From: an uncultured Candidatus Saccharibacteria bacterium
Lineage (GTDB): Bacteria > Patescibacteriota > Saccharimonadia > Saccharimonadales > CAIOMD01
DNA: 64,000 nucleotides
Assembly (NCBI GenBank): GCA_903859365.1
Contig: CAIOMD010000007.1
Location: 477-64,476, forward strand
Reading direction: 5' to 3'
Both the position numbers and the translations under genes were made by a program. Below the pieces are notes generated by a model, which saw only the letters and a program-made list of their open reading frames with translations, was not told the DNA's origin and ran no database searches. Below are positions 1 to 9,004 of this stretch, piece after piece. The first letter of the stretch is position 1; each line of letters begins with the position of its first letter.

Positions 1-282
1 GAGGTAGTCGATTTTGCCTAAGCGTTCTTCTAGAATGGTCTTCTCGACAACCAGTGCACCGTGCTTTTGGGCGTAGCGGTCTGTTGTAATCTCACCGGCC
101 AGTTTATCGTCATAGAGATTGTCGTCCATGCGCGAGAGGCGCTCTATCTGCGCCTGGATGGAGTTGGCTAGTTTGTCGAAAGGTTTACTTGAAGAGGTGA
201 AAGAAATTGCAGCGAAATATAAAGATAGAATAGACGAAACTAAAATTAAATCTACGTCTAAATGGAAATACTGAAATAGATT
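1..282 (-). pseudogene. 5'-truncated fragment resembling the C-terminal coiled-coil region of a large serine recombinase (continues past the window edge)
   Basis: The minus-strand translation of 180..1 reads FDKLANSIQAQIERLSRMDDNLYDDKLAGEITTDRYAQKHGALVVEKTILEERLGKIDYL. The LYDDKL-G-I pattern is typical of serine recombinase C-terminal domains. The frame is closed by a stop at 283-285 with no start codon, and there is no room for the roughly 400 upstream codons. GC is about 52% over 1-180 by my count and drops sharply after 180. Confidence 0.4.
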
Positions 283-308
283 TTATTCGCTCGTTCTGAT
301 ATCGATGG

Positions 309-569
309 CTACTTAGATCTATGCGGGCAACCAGCCCAGCAGCAAGGGCGACGCTTACCCATCATAAGTTCTGTCTGCGTTCGTTCGATGTGATTATTTC
401 TTGTCTCTTGTTTTTTTGTTGAGACTACCCAACATATCCATTCATTGCGAGCAAGCGGGGTTAAGTCTTCCCATCGCTCAATTGCCGACTCATCCGATGA
501 GAGAGCACTAAGCATATCAGCAGGGATTTCGTGCACCACTCCAGGCGATAATTTCATGAATTTGATCAC
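309..569 (-). CDS. YdeI/OmpD-associated family protein
   Basis: 86 aa. The pattern LTPLARNEWICWVVSTKKQETRNNHIERT...GKRRPCCWAGCPH matches the YdeI/OmdA C-terminal domain. Confidence 0.75.
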   Translation of the reverse strand: MIKFMKLSPGVVHEIPADMLSALSSDESAIERWEDLTPLARNEWICWVVSTKKQETRNNHIERTQTELMMGKRRPCCWAGCPHRSK

Positions 570-710
570 TCCTTACTATTAAAGTCACTAGTTTGTAAAT
601 TTAAGAAAAACTTATAATTGCAATTCTAGCATAGGTGAGCCAAAGGCATTAGTGACTATTCTGCTACGCTTATGCTATTATTTTTATAAGAACTTTTTTT
701 GGGAGAAAAA

Positions 711-2402
711 ATGAAAAAAATTAGACCAGGTAAATTGTTATTAACAATAGTAACTAGTCTCGGGTTGATATCTTCTCTCTTTTTTCCGTCACTCGCTTTC
801 GCCTATTCGGGCTATGGATTGGGGACTTCGCATAATCCATACCTCATTTCATCATGCCAACAGCTGCAAGAAATGGATCAAGACCTCGCGGGTTATTATA
901 TATTAGTCTCGAATATAGATTGCACGGGTATCGGCTTCACCTCAATCGCTACAGTTTCATCTTTCTCAGGAACTCTAGATGGCCAAAATCATACCATATT
1001 AAATCTTGACGTTGTGACTTACGGCTCAATGATAGCGAGAGTCAATGGTGCAACGATCAAAAATATCAACCTCAAAGGAGGCACTTCAACCTGCGTATCC
1101 TACTGCGGAGGTATGGTTGGTGACGTAACAGATTCAACGTTATCGAATCTGCACTCCTCAATGACGGTATCTGGGGGCGGGATTTATTCTGGAGGATTGG
1201 TAGGTTCTATGAGGGGCTCTACTTCTTTGTCGCAGTCGTCATTCAGTGGTGTATTTAGTGGCGATGCTTACTCAGCTGGTCTGGTCGGAGCAATGTGGGA
1301 CGCTGGCACTTCAGTTAACGATAGCTTTGTTACCGGAACTATTCATACGGTACAGTCCTATCATGCGGTACAGTCCTACGTTGGCACTATCGTCGGTGGG
1401 TTCTTTAATGGAACAATAAATAACACTTTTAGCTCAGCAACCCTTGATGCTGGTGAAAATTATTATGACGCAGGCCTAGTAGGTGACAGTCAGGGCACAA
1501 TTAATAACTCATTTTCAGCAACAACAATCAATAACCAAGGCGGTTACGCTAATGGACTTGTAGGCATTGATACAAGCGGAACCTATAGTAATAACTTCAT
1601 CGATGCGGAAAGTAATAACACCACAAATTGTGGCAATAATTCAGGTGAATGTACTGTCGTAAACAACGGTAACTCAGATCCAGGGTATTTCAAAAATAAT
1701 ACATCGAATGGCCCATTTTCGAGCTGGGACTTCAATGCGATATGGCAACAAACCTCGTCATATCCAATTCTTAGAAATGAAGCTGACTTTGTTGATCCAG
1801 CAGCACCAAACAATGGGGATGCCAACAATGACGGGATTCCTGACTCATACCAAGCTAATGTTGCAAATGTTCAGGCCAGTGACGGCACTTGGTCAACTAT
1901 GGTTGTACCGGCTGATTCCGGGTGTGTAATTCGTGTTTTAGCTTCTATCGATCGTTCGACCCTCCCTATCGATACTGGCTTTACACCACTCACACAGCTT
2001 GATGCTTTCACGCTAAGTTGTATTTCAACGGGTGATACGTTCCCAGTTACAATGATATTTGATAAGGTCTACACTAATCCTATTATGCGACTTTATGATG
2101 GTACGCTAAATGCATACCACTCATTTTCAAGTGGTTCACAACCAGTCTTTAGTACGGTAACAATAGGTGGCATCGCTAAAACTAAAATAACTTATAACAT
2201 TAATGAAGGGGCTTCTATCGGAAGCATTGGATCGCAAGAGAATTGGTCAGGTCAGCCACGAGGCCTTTCGACGCAAGTGATAGCTCCAAATACCGGTTTC
2301 GGTGTGCTCAAAAACAATAGCGCTGAAACGATAGCAGAATATGTCACGGCAGCATTCGCACTTCTTGTTGTTGCTGAAGTGATTCGCAGATATACTAGGT
2401 AG
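711..2402 (+). CDS. secreted GLUG-motif surface protein with a C-terminal sortase-type sorting signal
   Basis: It has an N-terminal signal peptide and repeated GGLVG/AGLVG (GLUG-like) units. The tail is APNTG (2283-2297), a hydrophobic stretch, then RRYTR. ATG 711 with GGGAG 5 nt upstream is preferred over the TTG 699 start in the ORF track. Confidence 0.75.
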   Translation: MKKIRPGKLLLTIVTSLGLISSLFFPSLAFAYSGYGLGTSHNPYLISSCQQLQEMDQDLAGYYILVSNIDCTGIGFTSIATVSSFSGTLDGQNHTILNLDVVTYGSMIARVNGATIKNINLKGGTSTCVSYCGGMVGDVTDSTLSNLHSSMTVSGGGIYSGGLVGSMRGSTSLSQSSFSGVFSGDAYSAGLVGAMWDAGTSVNDSFVTGTIHTVQSYHAVQSYVGTIVGGFFNGTINNTFSSATLDAGENYYDAGLVGDSQGTINNSFSATTINNQGGYANGLVGIDTSGTYSNNFIDAESNNTTNCGNNSGECTVVNNGNSDPGYFKNNTSNGPFSSWDFNAIWQQTSSYPILRNEADFVDPAAPNNGDANNDGIPDSYQANVANVQASDGTWSTMVVPADSGCVIRVLASIDRSTLPIDTGFTPLTQLDAFTLSCISTGDTFPVTMIFDKVYTNPIMRLYDGTLNAYHSFSSGSQPVFSTVTIGGIAKTKITYNINEGASIGSIGSQENWSGQPRGLSTQVIAPNTGFGVLKNNSAETIAEYVTAAFALLVVAEVIRRYTR

Positions 2403-2404
2403 TA

Positions 2405-3046
2405 ATGAGAGTTAAAAAGTACGTTCCCTATGCGATGATAGCTATTGGCTTTGGACTTATTATTACTGGGGTTGTGGTTGCATTCACTCAGCAAAAACAA
2501 AATGAAAAAATTATAAAAATAGCCTCAGCCGATGGCGTTACCTTGCCAACTACTAAAAAAATAACCGAAAGTGAATTTCAAAAATATACAGTCGCTGCAT
2601 CACTGCCACGTTATATTTTTATACCATCGATTAATGTTAAGGCGATTGTGCAATCAGTTGGGCTGACAAAGAACAATCAAATTGATACGCCAAATTCAAT
2701 CTATAATACAGGATGGTTTAACCAAAGTAGTAAGCCAGGTCAAGCCGGCGCAACGGTTATTGATGGCCACTTTGGTACATGGCAGACAAAGGGAATTTTT
2801 TCAGGTATCAGTGGCCTTAAGCCAGGTACGATTGTACAAATACAAAGAGGTGATGGCACGAAATTAAATTATTCCGTCGTAAGCGTCAAAACCTATCCAC
2901 TTGCTAATGTTGATATGAATGCGCTCTTAAACCCGGTGAATAGTAAAATTCCAGGATTGAATTTGATCACTTGTTCCGGCTCAGTAAATAAGGGAACTTA
3001 CCAGTACGATAAACGTGTCATTGTTTTCGCGCAGCTCGTAAAATAA
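2405..3046 (+). CDS. sortase family transpeptidase
   Basis: It has an N-terminal TM anchor, a catalytic His in VIDGHFG, a Cys in NLITCSG and a downstream Arg in KRVIVFA. It lies 2 nt after the putative substrate gene. Confidence 0.85.
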   Translation: MRVKKYVPYAMIAIGFGLIITGVVVAFTQQKQNEKIIKIASADGVTLPTTKKITESEFQKYTVAASLPRYIFIPSINVKAIVQSVGLTKNNQIDTPNSIYNTGWFNQSSKPGQAGATVIDGHFGTWQTKGIFSGISGLKPGTIVQIQRGDGTKLNYSVVSVKTYPLANVDMNALLNPVNSKIPGLNLITCSGSVNKGTYQYDKRVIVFAQLVK

Positions 3047-3152
3047 TCTACCAAAATATTGAGATTTAGTTGCTAAAAAAGGTTGCGACAACCTATCTTT
3101 GAGGCTATAATCATAAGCGTAAATAAAGAGTAAAGGGCACCAAAAAAATACA

Positions 3153-4358
3153 ATGAAAATTTTAATGCTGGGCTGGGAGCTACCACCTCACAATAGTGGG
3201 GGTTTGGGTGTTGCTTGCTATCAGCTTTGTGAAGCATTGTCTGTTAAAGATATAGATATTGAATTCGTGCTTCCATATAACGAGGTTCACTCCATTGACT
3301 TTATGAAGGTGCGGGCTGCGCTTTCGCACTCTGCTGGGAGTCTTCGGATAAGTGGTATTGCTTACGATAGTTTTAAGTATACTGATACGCAAGGTAATGA
3401 GCAGTGGCTTTCGATATTCGACCAACAAAAACTTTACGAGCAAGCAGCGGCACAGCTTACCGGCTATGAATCATTTGATATTATTCATGCTCATGACTGG
3501 TTAACCTTTAAAGCGGGGGTACTCCTCAAGCAAAAAACAGGAAAGCCGCTTATTCTACACGTACACTCTGTTGAAAGTGATCGATCGGGTGGAAATTACG
3601 GCAATCCCTTGGCACGAGAAATAGAACAAGAATCTATGCTTATGGCAGATAAAATAGTTGCAGTCAGTCAGCATACTAAAAACATCATCATAGCCGACTA
3701 TGCAATTCCAGCAGATAAAATAGAAGTGATTCATAATAGTATTGGCAAAATAGATGAAGTGAATCTGAGCGAACCTAATTCTTACAAATACCTTGCAGCG
3801 CTCAAAAATCATGGGTATAAGGTCATATCTAGTATCGGTCGACTGACTATTCAAAAAAATCTGATTAACCTTTTGCATGCGTTTAAACTCGTTACTAATA
3901 AAGAACCAAAAGCTATTTTACTTTTTGTAGGGAATGGCGAACAAGAGACGGAGCTTCTACTGCTTGCGGCTGAACTTGGCATTTCAAGAAATGTTATGTT
4001 TGCTGGGTTTCAAAGGGGAAAACGTTGGCGTGATGCATATACCATCGCTGATCTTTTTGTGATGCCATCCGTATCAGAGCCATTTGGCTTAACTCCACTT
4101 GAAGCAGTCGCGCTCGGTGTCCCAGTTCTCATATCAAAACAATCGGGTGTTTCCGAAGTTTTGAAAAATGCACTTAAGGTAGATTTTTGGGATGTTAATG
4201 AAATGGCCAATCAGATGCTTGCAGTACTACAGAACCAAAGCCTTAAAAACGAGCTCATAGTAAATGGAAGTAAAGAATATGAGTCAATGAATTGGTCCAA
4301 AGCTGCCAATCAACTAGAAGAAATTTACGCAAAAGCAGTTCGAGGAGTAAGCGGGTGA
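3153..4358 (+). CDS. glycogen/alpha-glucan synthase-like glycosyltransferase (GT4/GT5 type)
   Basis: The N-terminus MKILMLGWELPPHNSGGLGVACYQL and the SEPFGLTPLEA (E-x7-E) motif are typical of retaining GT-B glucan synthases. Confidence 0.8.
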   Translation: MKILMLGWELPPHNSGGLGVACYQLCEALSVKDIDIEFVLPYNEVHSIDFMKVRAALSHSAGSLRISGIAYDSFKYTDTQGNEQWLSIFDQQKLYEQAAAQLTGYESFDIIHAHDWLTFKAGVLLKQKTGKPLILHVHSVESDRSGGNYGNPLAREIEQESMLMADKIVAVSQHTKNIIIADYAIPADKIEVIHNSIGKIDEVNLSEPNSYKYLAALKNHGYKVISSIGRLTIQKNLINLLHAFKLVTNKEPKAILLFVGNGEQETELLLLAAELGISRNVMFAGFQRGKRWRDAYTIADLFVMPSVSEPFGLTPLEAVALGVPVLISKQSGVSEVLKNALKVDFWDVNEMANQMLAVLQNQSLKNELIVNGSKEYESMNWSKAANQLEEIYAKAVRGVSG

Positions 4359-5566
4359 CTAAGCGTGCCATAGTACTGTACTTACACGCGCACCAGCCGT
4401 TTCGAATAGGTCATTTTTCTACTTTTGACATCGGTGAAAATAAGAATTATTTTGATGAACCTAATGACATGCGTGCTAATAACCGCGCAGTATTAGACAA
4501 AGTGATTCAAAAATCTTACATTCCGACGAATCGAAAACTCTTAGAACTGATTCAACAGCACCCTGAGTTCAAAATTAGTTTATCCATCACTGGTACCCTT
4601 ATTGAACAACTCGAGAAATGGTCACCGCATACATTGGAAAGCTTTAAGGAGCTTGTTGCAACGGATAAAGTTGAAATAGTTGGTGAGACCTATCATCATT
4701 CACTCGCTTTCTTTTATTCACTCGCTGAATTCAATAATCAAGTACAAATGCATCGAGATAAAATCTGGGAAGTATTTGGAAAAAAACCGACAGTATTTAG
4801 AAATACAGAACTTAGTTATAACAATGATCTCGCCGTTTGGGCAGATCGTGCAGGATATAAAGCAGTACTTGCGGAGGGATGGGATCCAATTCTGCAGTGG
4901 AGAAGCCCTAATTATGTTTATCGGCCTGTCGGAACACAAACGCTCAAGTTGCTGCTCAAAAATTATAAATTGAGTGATGATATTGCTTTTCGCTTTGGTG
5001 ATCAGAATTGGGAGTCTTGGCCGCTAACTGCAGATAAGTATGCTCACTGGCTTAATGCAATAGATAATGGTACAAACATAAATCTTTTTATGGACTATGA
5101 AACATTTGGTGAACATCAATGGAAGGAGAGTGGAATTTTTGATTTTCTCTCACATTTCCCTGGCGAGTGGCTTAAAAATGAAAATAATACTTTTATGACA
5201 GCGTCTGAAGCAGTTGATAGTTACGATGCGGTTGATACGATCGATACGCCCTATACTACAACCTGGGCCGACACTGAACGCGATCTTAGTGCATGGCTCG
5301 GTAACCCAATGCAGCAACAAGCAATAGAAGCCCTCTATGGATTATCTGAAAAAATACTTTCAAGCAATGACTGGGCGCTCATCGAAGACTGGCGTAAACT
5401 TCAAACGTCGGATCATTTTTATTATATGTGTACGAAGTGGTTTAATGATGGTGATATTCATGCGTACTTTAGTCCCTATGACAGCCCCTATATCGCTTTT
5501 ATGAACTTTATGAACACTTGGCATGATCTTCGTTATAGATTAACCGAGAAAGGGTTGGATACCTAA
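4355..5566 (+). CDS. glycoside hydrolase family 57 protein
   Basis: It carries LYLHAHQPFR (the GH57 region I HQP motif) and DYETFGEH. GTG 4355 overlaps the upstream stop (GTGA) and is preferred over the ATG 4292 start in the ORF track. Confidence 0.8.
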   Translation: MTKRAIVLYLHAHQPFRIGHFSTFDIGENKNYFDEPNDMRANNRAVLDKVIQKSYIPTNRKLLELIQQHPEFKISLSITGTLIEQLEKWSPHTLESFKELVATDKVEIVGETYHHSLAFFYSLAEFNNQVQMHRDKIWEVFGKKPTVFRNTELSYNNDLAVWADRAGYKAVLAEGWDPILQWRSPNYVYRPVGTQTLKLLLKNYKLSDDIAFRFGDQNWESWPLTADKYAHWLNAIDNGTNINLFMDYETFGEHQWKESGIFDFLSHFPGEWLKNENNTFMTASEAVDSYDAVDTIDTPYTTTWADTERDLSAWLGNPMQQQAIEALYGLSEKILSSNDWALIEDWRKLQTSDHFYYMCTKWFNDGDIHAYFSPYDSPYIAFMNFMNTWHDLRYRLTEKGLDT

Positions 5567-7501
5567 ATGGCAAGACCGGTAATTCTCGGTAATGGTGCGC
5601 TTACTGTAGGGATTAATGAATTTGGACTAGTTGATGATTTTTATTTTCCTCATGTGGGGATGGATAACCTCACTACCTCTCGAAGTCAGAGCCATCTTCT
5701 CGGAGTGTGGTTAGATAATACTTTTTCATGGGTGAATGATGGATCCTGGAAGATATCAGTGGATTTTGAAGTTGACGCATTAATTGGCCACTGCGAGATG
5801 ACGAACGAAACATTGGCTATTAAGCTTTCGACGACAGATTTTGTAGATTCTGAGATGAATATTTTTTCCCGAATTATTGTTGTGCATAATCTCGCAAATC
5901 ACGCACGTTCGATAAAACTTTTCACTCACCAGGTATTTGAAATATCAAATAACGGGAGAGCTGATACAGCACTGTATCATCCTGATAATCAGTACATCTT
6001 GGATTATCAAGGAAACTGTAATTTAGTCATTTCTGGCGAAACGGAAAGTGGAAAATCATTTGATCAATTTGCCGTAGGTAATTATAGAGTTGAAGGCAAG
6101 GAAGGTGTTTATAAGGACGCAGAAGATGGTGTGCTATCCAGTAATCCTGTCGAACATGGGGGAGTAGATTCAGTCTTGGGATTTAATTTATCAATTGCGG
6201 CTGGCGCAAAATCTGAAGTTCGATACTGGGTGGCTGCTGAGAAAAATCGTAAAGATGCTGAAGGCCTACATGAGAGTGCAAAAAAAGGTGGAATTGAAGA
6301 AAAATTAAAAACAACTAAACAGTATTGGTTGAACTGGATGAAACCCGCCAGTATTGCTATTAATGCAAGTCCAAATAAATATAAGAATCAGATAAAGAAA
6401 TCTTTAATGATAATAAAGGCACATATAGATAAAGATGGTGGGATCATCGCCTCCATAGATTCTTCCATTTATAACTATGGCAGAGACTATTACAGTTATG
6501 TGTGGCCAAGAGATGGTGCATTTGCTATATGGCCTCTTCTGCGGCTTGGTTTTACTGATGAAGCAAAGAAATTTCTGACCTTCTGTAAAGATGTTCTCAC
6601 TGATGAGGGATATTTAATGCATAAATATCTTCCAGATAAAGCAATTGGCAGTACGTGGCATCCCCTCATACACGATGGTGTGAGCGAACTTGCAATTCAA
6701 GAAGATGAGACTGCCATTATCATATATATGATAAGTGAGTATTTTCGATATACGAAAGATGCTATTTTTACCAAGGATATGTACGAAAAATTTGTAGTTC
6801 CTGCTGCCAATTTCTTAGCTAATTTTGTTGATACAGAAACGCAATTACCTCATGCGAGTTACGACCTTTGGGAGCAAAAATTCCTGACTTCAACCTATAC
6901 AACGGCCGTAACCGCAAAAGCGCTTGACTGTGCTATTGTACTCTGTAACCAATTCGGAAAAAATGAATCAACTCCTTGGCAAAAAGCTCTAGATGGATTT
7001 AAAGCAAAGAGTGCTACTTTTTTTGATACTTCATCAAAAACATTCATCAAGGGTTTTTTACAAAATAAAACAACCGGAGTTATTGAGCCAGATACAACTC
7101 TCGATGTATCAAGCTTATACGGTGTCGTGCAATTCGGTTATTTCAATAATGATGAATACGATCGGATTTTTCATACCGCAAAAGTTTTAGAAGAAAGATT
7201 ACTGGACGCATCCCCGTCAGGGGGTATGCCGCGCTATGAGCATGATGATTATTTCTTAAATAAAAAAGATTTAATGGGTAACCCATGGATCGTTACGACT
7301 CTTTGGATGGCACAGTTTTATATAAAGAAAGGTGATAGAAAAAAGGCAGAGCACTATATTGACTGGTGTCTTGCAACGGCACTACCGAGCGGAGTATTTT
7401 CAGAACAGGTTGATGCGGTTTCAAAAGATGCTCTCTCGGTTACCCCGCTTGTGTGGAGCCATGCGGAGTTTGTTACAACTATCCTTTCACTACATAGTTA
7501 A
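5567..7501 (+). CDS. glycoside hydrolase family 15 (glucoamylase/glucodextranase-like)
   Basis: GH15 signature blocks are present: YSYVWPRDGAF, IQEDETA, YDLWEQKF, SEQVD and PLVWSHAEF. The ATG directly follows the upstream stop. Confidence 0.85.
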   Translation: MARPVILGNGALTVGINEFGLVDDFYFPHVGMDNLTTSRSQSHLLGVWLDNTFSWVNDGSWKISVDFEVDALIGHCEMTNETLAIKLSTTDFVDSEMNIFSRIIVVHNLANHARSIKLFTHQVFEISNNGRADTALYHPDNQYILDYQGNCNLVISGETESGKSFDQFAVGNYRVEGKEGVYKDAEDGVLSSNPVEHGGVDSVLGFNLSIAAGAKSEVRYWVAAEKNRKDAEGLHESAKKGGIEEKLKTTKQYWLNWMKPASIAINASPNKYKNQIKKSLMIIKAHIDKDGGIIASIDSSIYNYGRDYYSYVWPRDGAFAIWPLLRLGFTDEAKKFLTFCKDVLTDEGYLMHKYLPDKAIGSTWHPLIHDGVSELAIQEDETAIIIYMISEYFRYTKDAIFTKDMYEKFVVPAANFLANFVDTETQLPHASYDLWEQKFLTSTYTTAVTAKALDCAIVLCNQFGKNESTPWQKALDGFKAKSATFFDTSSKTFIKGFLQNKTTGVIEPDTTLDVSSLYGVVQFGYFNNDEYDRIFHTAKVLEERLLDASPSGGMPRYEHDDYFLNKKDLMGNPWIVTTLWMAQFYIKKGDRKKAEHYIDWCLATALPSGVFSEQVDAVSKDALSVTPLVWSHAEFVTTILSLHS

Positions 7502-8475
7502 GCGCGTTCACTGATACTGTAGAGGGGTAAGTCGCCGTTTGTTAAAACTGCAGCCACACCCATAGAATAAACAAGTTGGCTGAGAACAGAAAGATGTTGT
7601 TTCTCGGCATCATCAGGATACATTTTTTGAGCGATTTCTTCGACCCTCCAAACATCGAAAGCAAAGACTTGTAAGCTATCACCCGTTGCTTGGCGCACAA
7701 GGCTTTGATCAACAGTGTGACCTTTGAAATTATTCATAATAATTGCCATCTCTTTATGGGTTCCGGTAAGTTCTTTTATAATCTTTGCATTTTCTATAAT
7801 CGAAGTAACAACAGCCGAACCAGAATAGTTTTCTTTATTCATTGAAGTTTCAAAGTTTTCAAAATTTTCAAAAATAGTAGAAATATTTTGTGTATCCACG
7901 CCGATGCTATCTAAAATTTCTTTAATTTCTTTTTTATATTCAATTACAGTTGCGATAACCTCCGGGGCTTTATCAATGGCACCACACCCTGAACCACCAT
8001 GATTGGCCCCTTCGGCACTGTGTGCTCCAAAATTGATCATATGTTCATTTAGAAAGCGAATACTATCCTCAAATGCCTCATGCAGTGATGTATCTTTTTC
8101 AACTCCTACGCCAACTAATGTTGCCATAGCCATAGTAGCGCCACCTCCGAAAACTTTCGGGCGCTTAAGTGATCGCTCCTTTTCGATTTGACCGTGATAT
8201 ATTTTTTTAACACCTCGTCCATCGGGACATCCATCGTCATCTACTGGTTTGCCGGTCATGGGATGCATATCGATGCTGGTCAATATAGCTTCTGAATTAA
8301 TGGCAAGTTCTGCGGCCGCAAGCGCATCAGGGCCTGCCTCCGCCACTATTTTTTCATAGGCAGCATTGGGGTTTTTCCCGATGCCAAGTCCGTCTACTAA
8401 TTTTGTTATTACGAAATCTTTCTCATGCATAGTGTTTCCTTGATCAATAGAGTAATTTAATTTCTTTTCAGTCAT
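7498..8475 (-). CDS. hypothetical protein with possible Cys/His metal site
   Basis: The long ORF has non-repetitive composition. ATG 8475 has AAGGA 7 nt upstream and is preferred over 8502. It contains C-P-D-G-R and NHGGSGCGAIDK motifs. I do not recognise the family. Confidence 0.6.
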   Translation of the reverse strand: MTEKKLNYSIDQGNTMHEKDFVITKLVDGLGIGKNPNAAYEKIVAEAGPDALAAAELAINSEAILTSIDMHPMTGKPVDDDGCPDGRGVKKIYHGQIEKERSLKRPKVFGGGATMAMATLVGVGVEKDTSLHEAFEDSIRFLNEHMINFGAHSAEGANHGGSGCGAIDKAPEVIATVIEYKKEIKEILDSIGVDTQNISTIFENFENFETSMNKENYSGSAVVTSIIENAKIIKELTGTHKEMAIIMNNFKGHTVDQSLVRQATGDSLQVFAFDVWRVEEIAQKMYPDDAEKQHLSVLSQLVYSMGVAAVLTNGDLPLYSISERA

Positions 8476-8554
8476 CGAGTATCCTTTTCTTAATTTCCAC
8501 ATTTGATACTATCCCTCAATCAGATGTATTACAAGGGGTTTTTAAAAAAACCTG

Positions 8555-8560
8555 TATAAT
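8555..8560 (+). promoter_or_regulatory. -10-like box (TATAAT) for a leaderless transcript
   Basis: TATAAT lies 6 nt upstream of ATG 8567, with no SD between them. Confidence 0.45.
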
Positions 8561-8566
8561 AAAAGT

Positions 8567-8968
8567 ATGGCGGAGCGATATGACAACAAAGGCGTGTCTA
8601 AGCTCATCGGAGCTTTACCACTTTCTTCGAGTCGCCAAAATGCAATTGATGAAACAACCGCCCAAGCGATTCAAATTGAACTTGAGAAACGCGGCTCATC
8701 TATTCCTGAAGAAATACGTAAAAATACCAAACTCCTTCTTGATTTTATTCTTGAGACACTCGAAACGGTGCCAGAAAATCCTAATTATAAAGTAGTCTCA
8801 AGAGATGAATTACTGGGAATGCTAGGGCTTTCAGCTATTTTGGCATCCGGAATAACAATAGAACAACTGGGAAATGAAACATTAAATAGAGAAGCTTTGG
8901 CAGAAGCTTTAATTGATCAATTGAACACTATAAGCATAAAAGATATTGAAGATCTTAAAGAAAAATAA
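8567..8968 (+). CDS. hypothetical protein
   Basis: 133-aa ORF with acidic, helical-looking composition. No recognisable motif. Confidence 0.55.
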   Translation: MAERYDNKGVSKLIGALPLSSSRQNAIDETTAQAIQIELEKRGSSIPEEIRKNTKLLLDFILETLETVPENPNYKVVSRDELLGMLGLSAILASGITIEQLGNETLNREALAEALIDQLNTISIKDIEDLKEK

Positions 8969-8992
8969 ACCACAGTACATCTTCATTTATGT

Positions 8993-8998
8993 TATAAT
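8993..8998 (+). promoter_or_regulatory. -10-like box (TATAAT) for a leaderless transcript
   Basis: TATAAT lies 6 nt upstream of ATG 9005, with no SD. Confidence 0.45.
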
Positions 8999-9004
8999 GC
9001 AATA

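Noticed and set aside
1348-1383. An 18-nt in-frame tandem duplication (CGGTACAGTCCTATCATG / CGGTACAGTCCTACGTTG, giving TVQSYH-AVQSYV) in the GLUG surface-protein gene
   Set aside because: It is real in the sequence, but only a two-unit slippage event inside an already repetitive adhesin. There is no evidence of phase variation: it is in frame and has no homopolymer.
4292-4354. The upstream ATG start for the GH57 gene, which overlaps the GT gene by 67 nt
   Set aside because: The extra 21 residues (MVQSCQSTRRNLRKSSSRSKR) are not GH57-like. GTG 4355 gives the common GTGA stop/start overlap and begins just before the conserved LYLHAHQPFR block.
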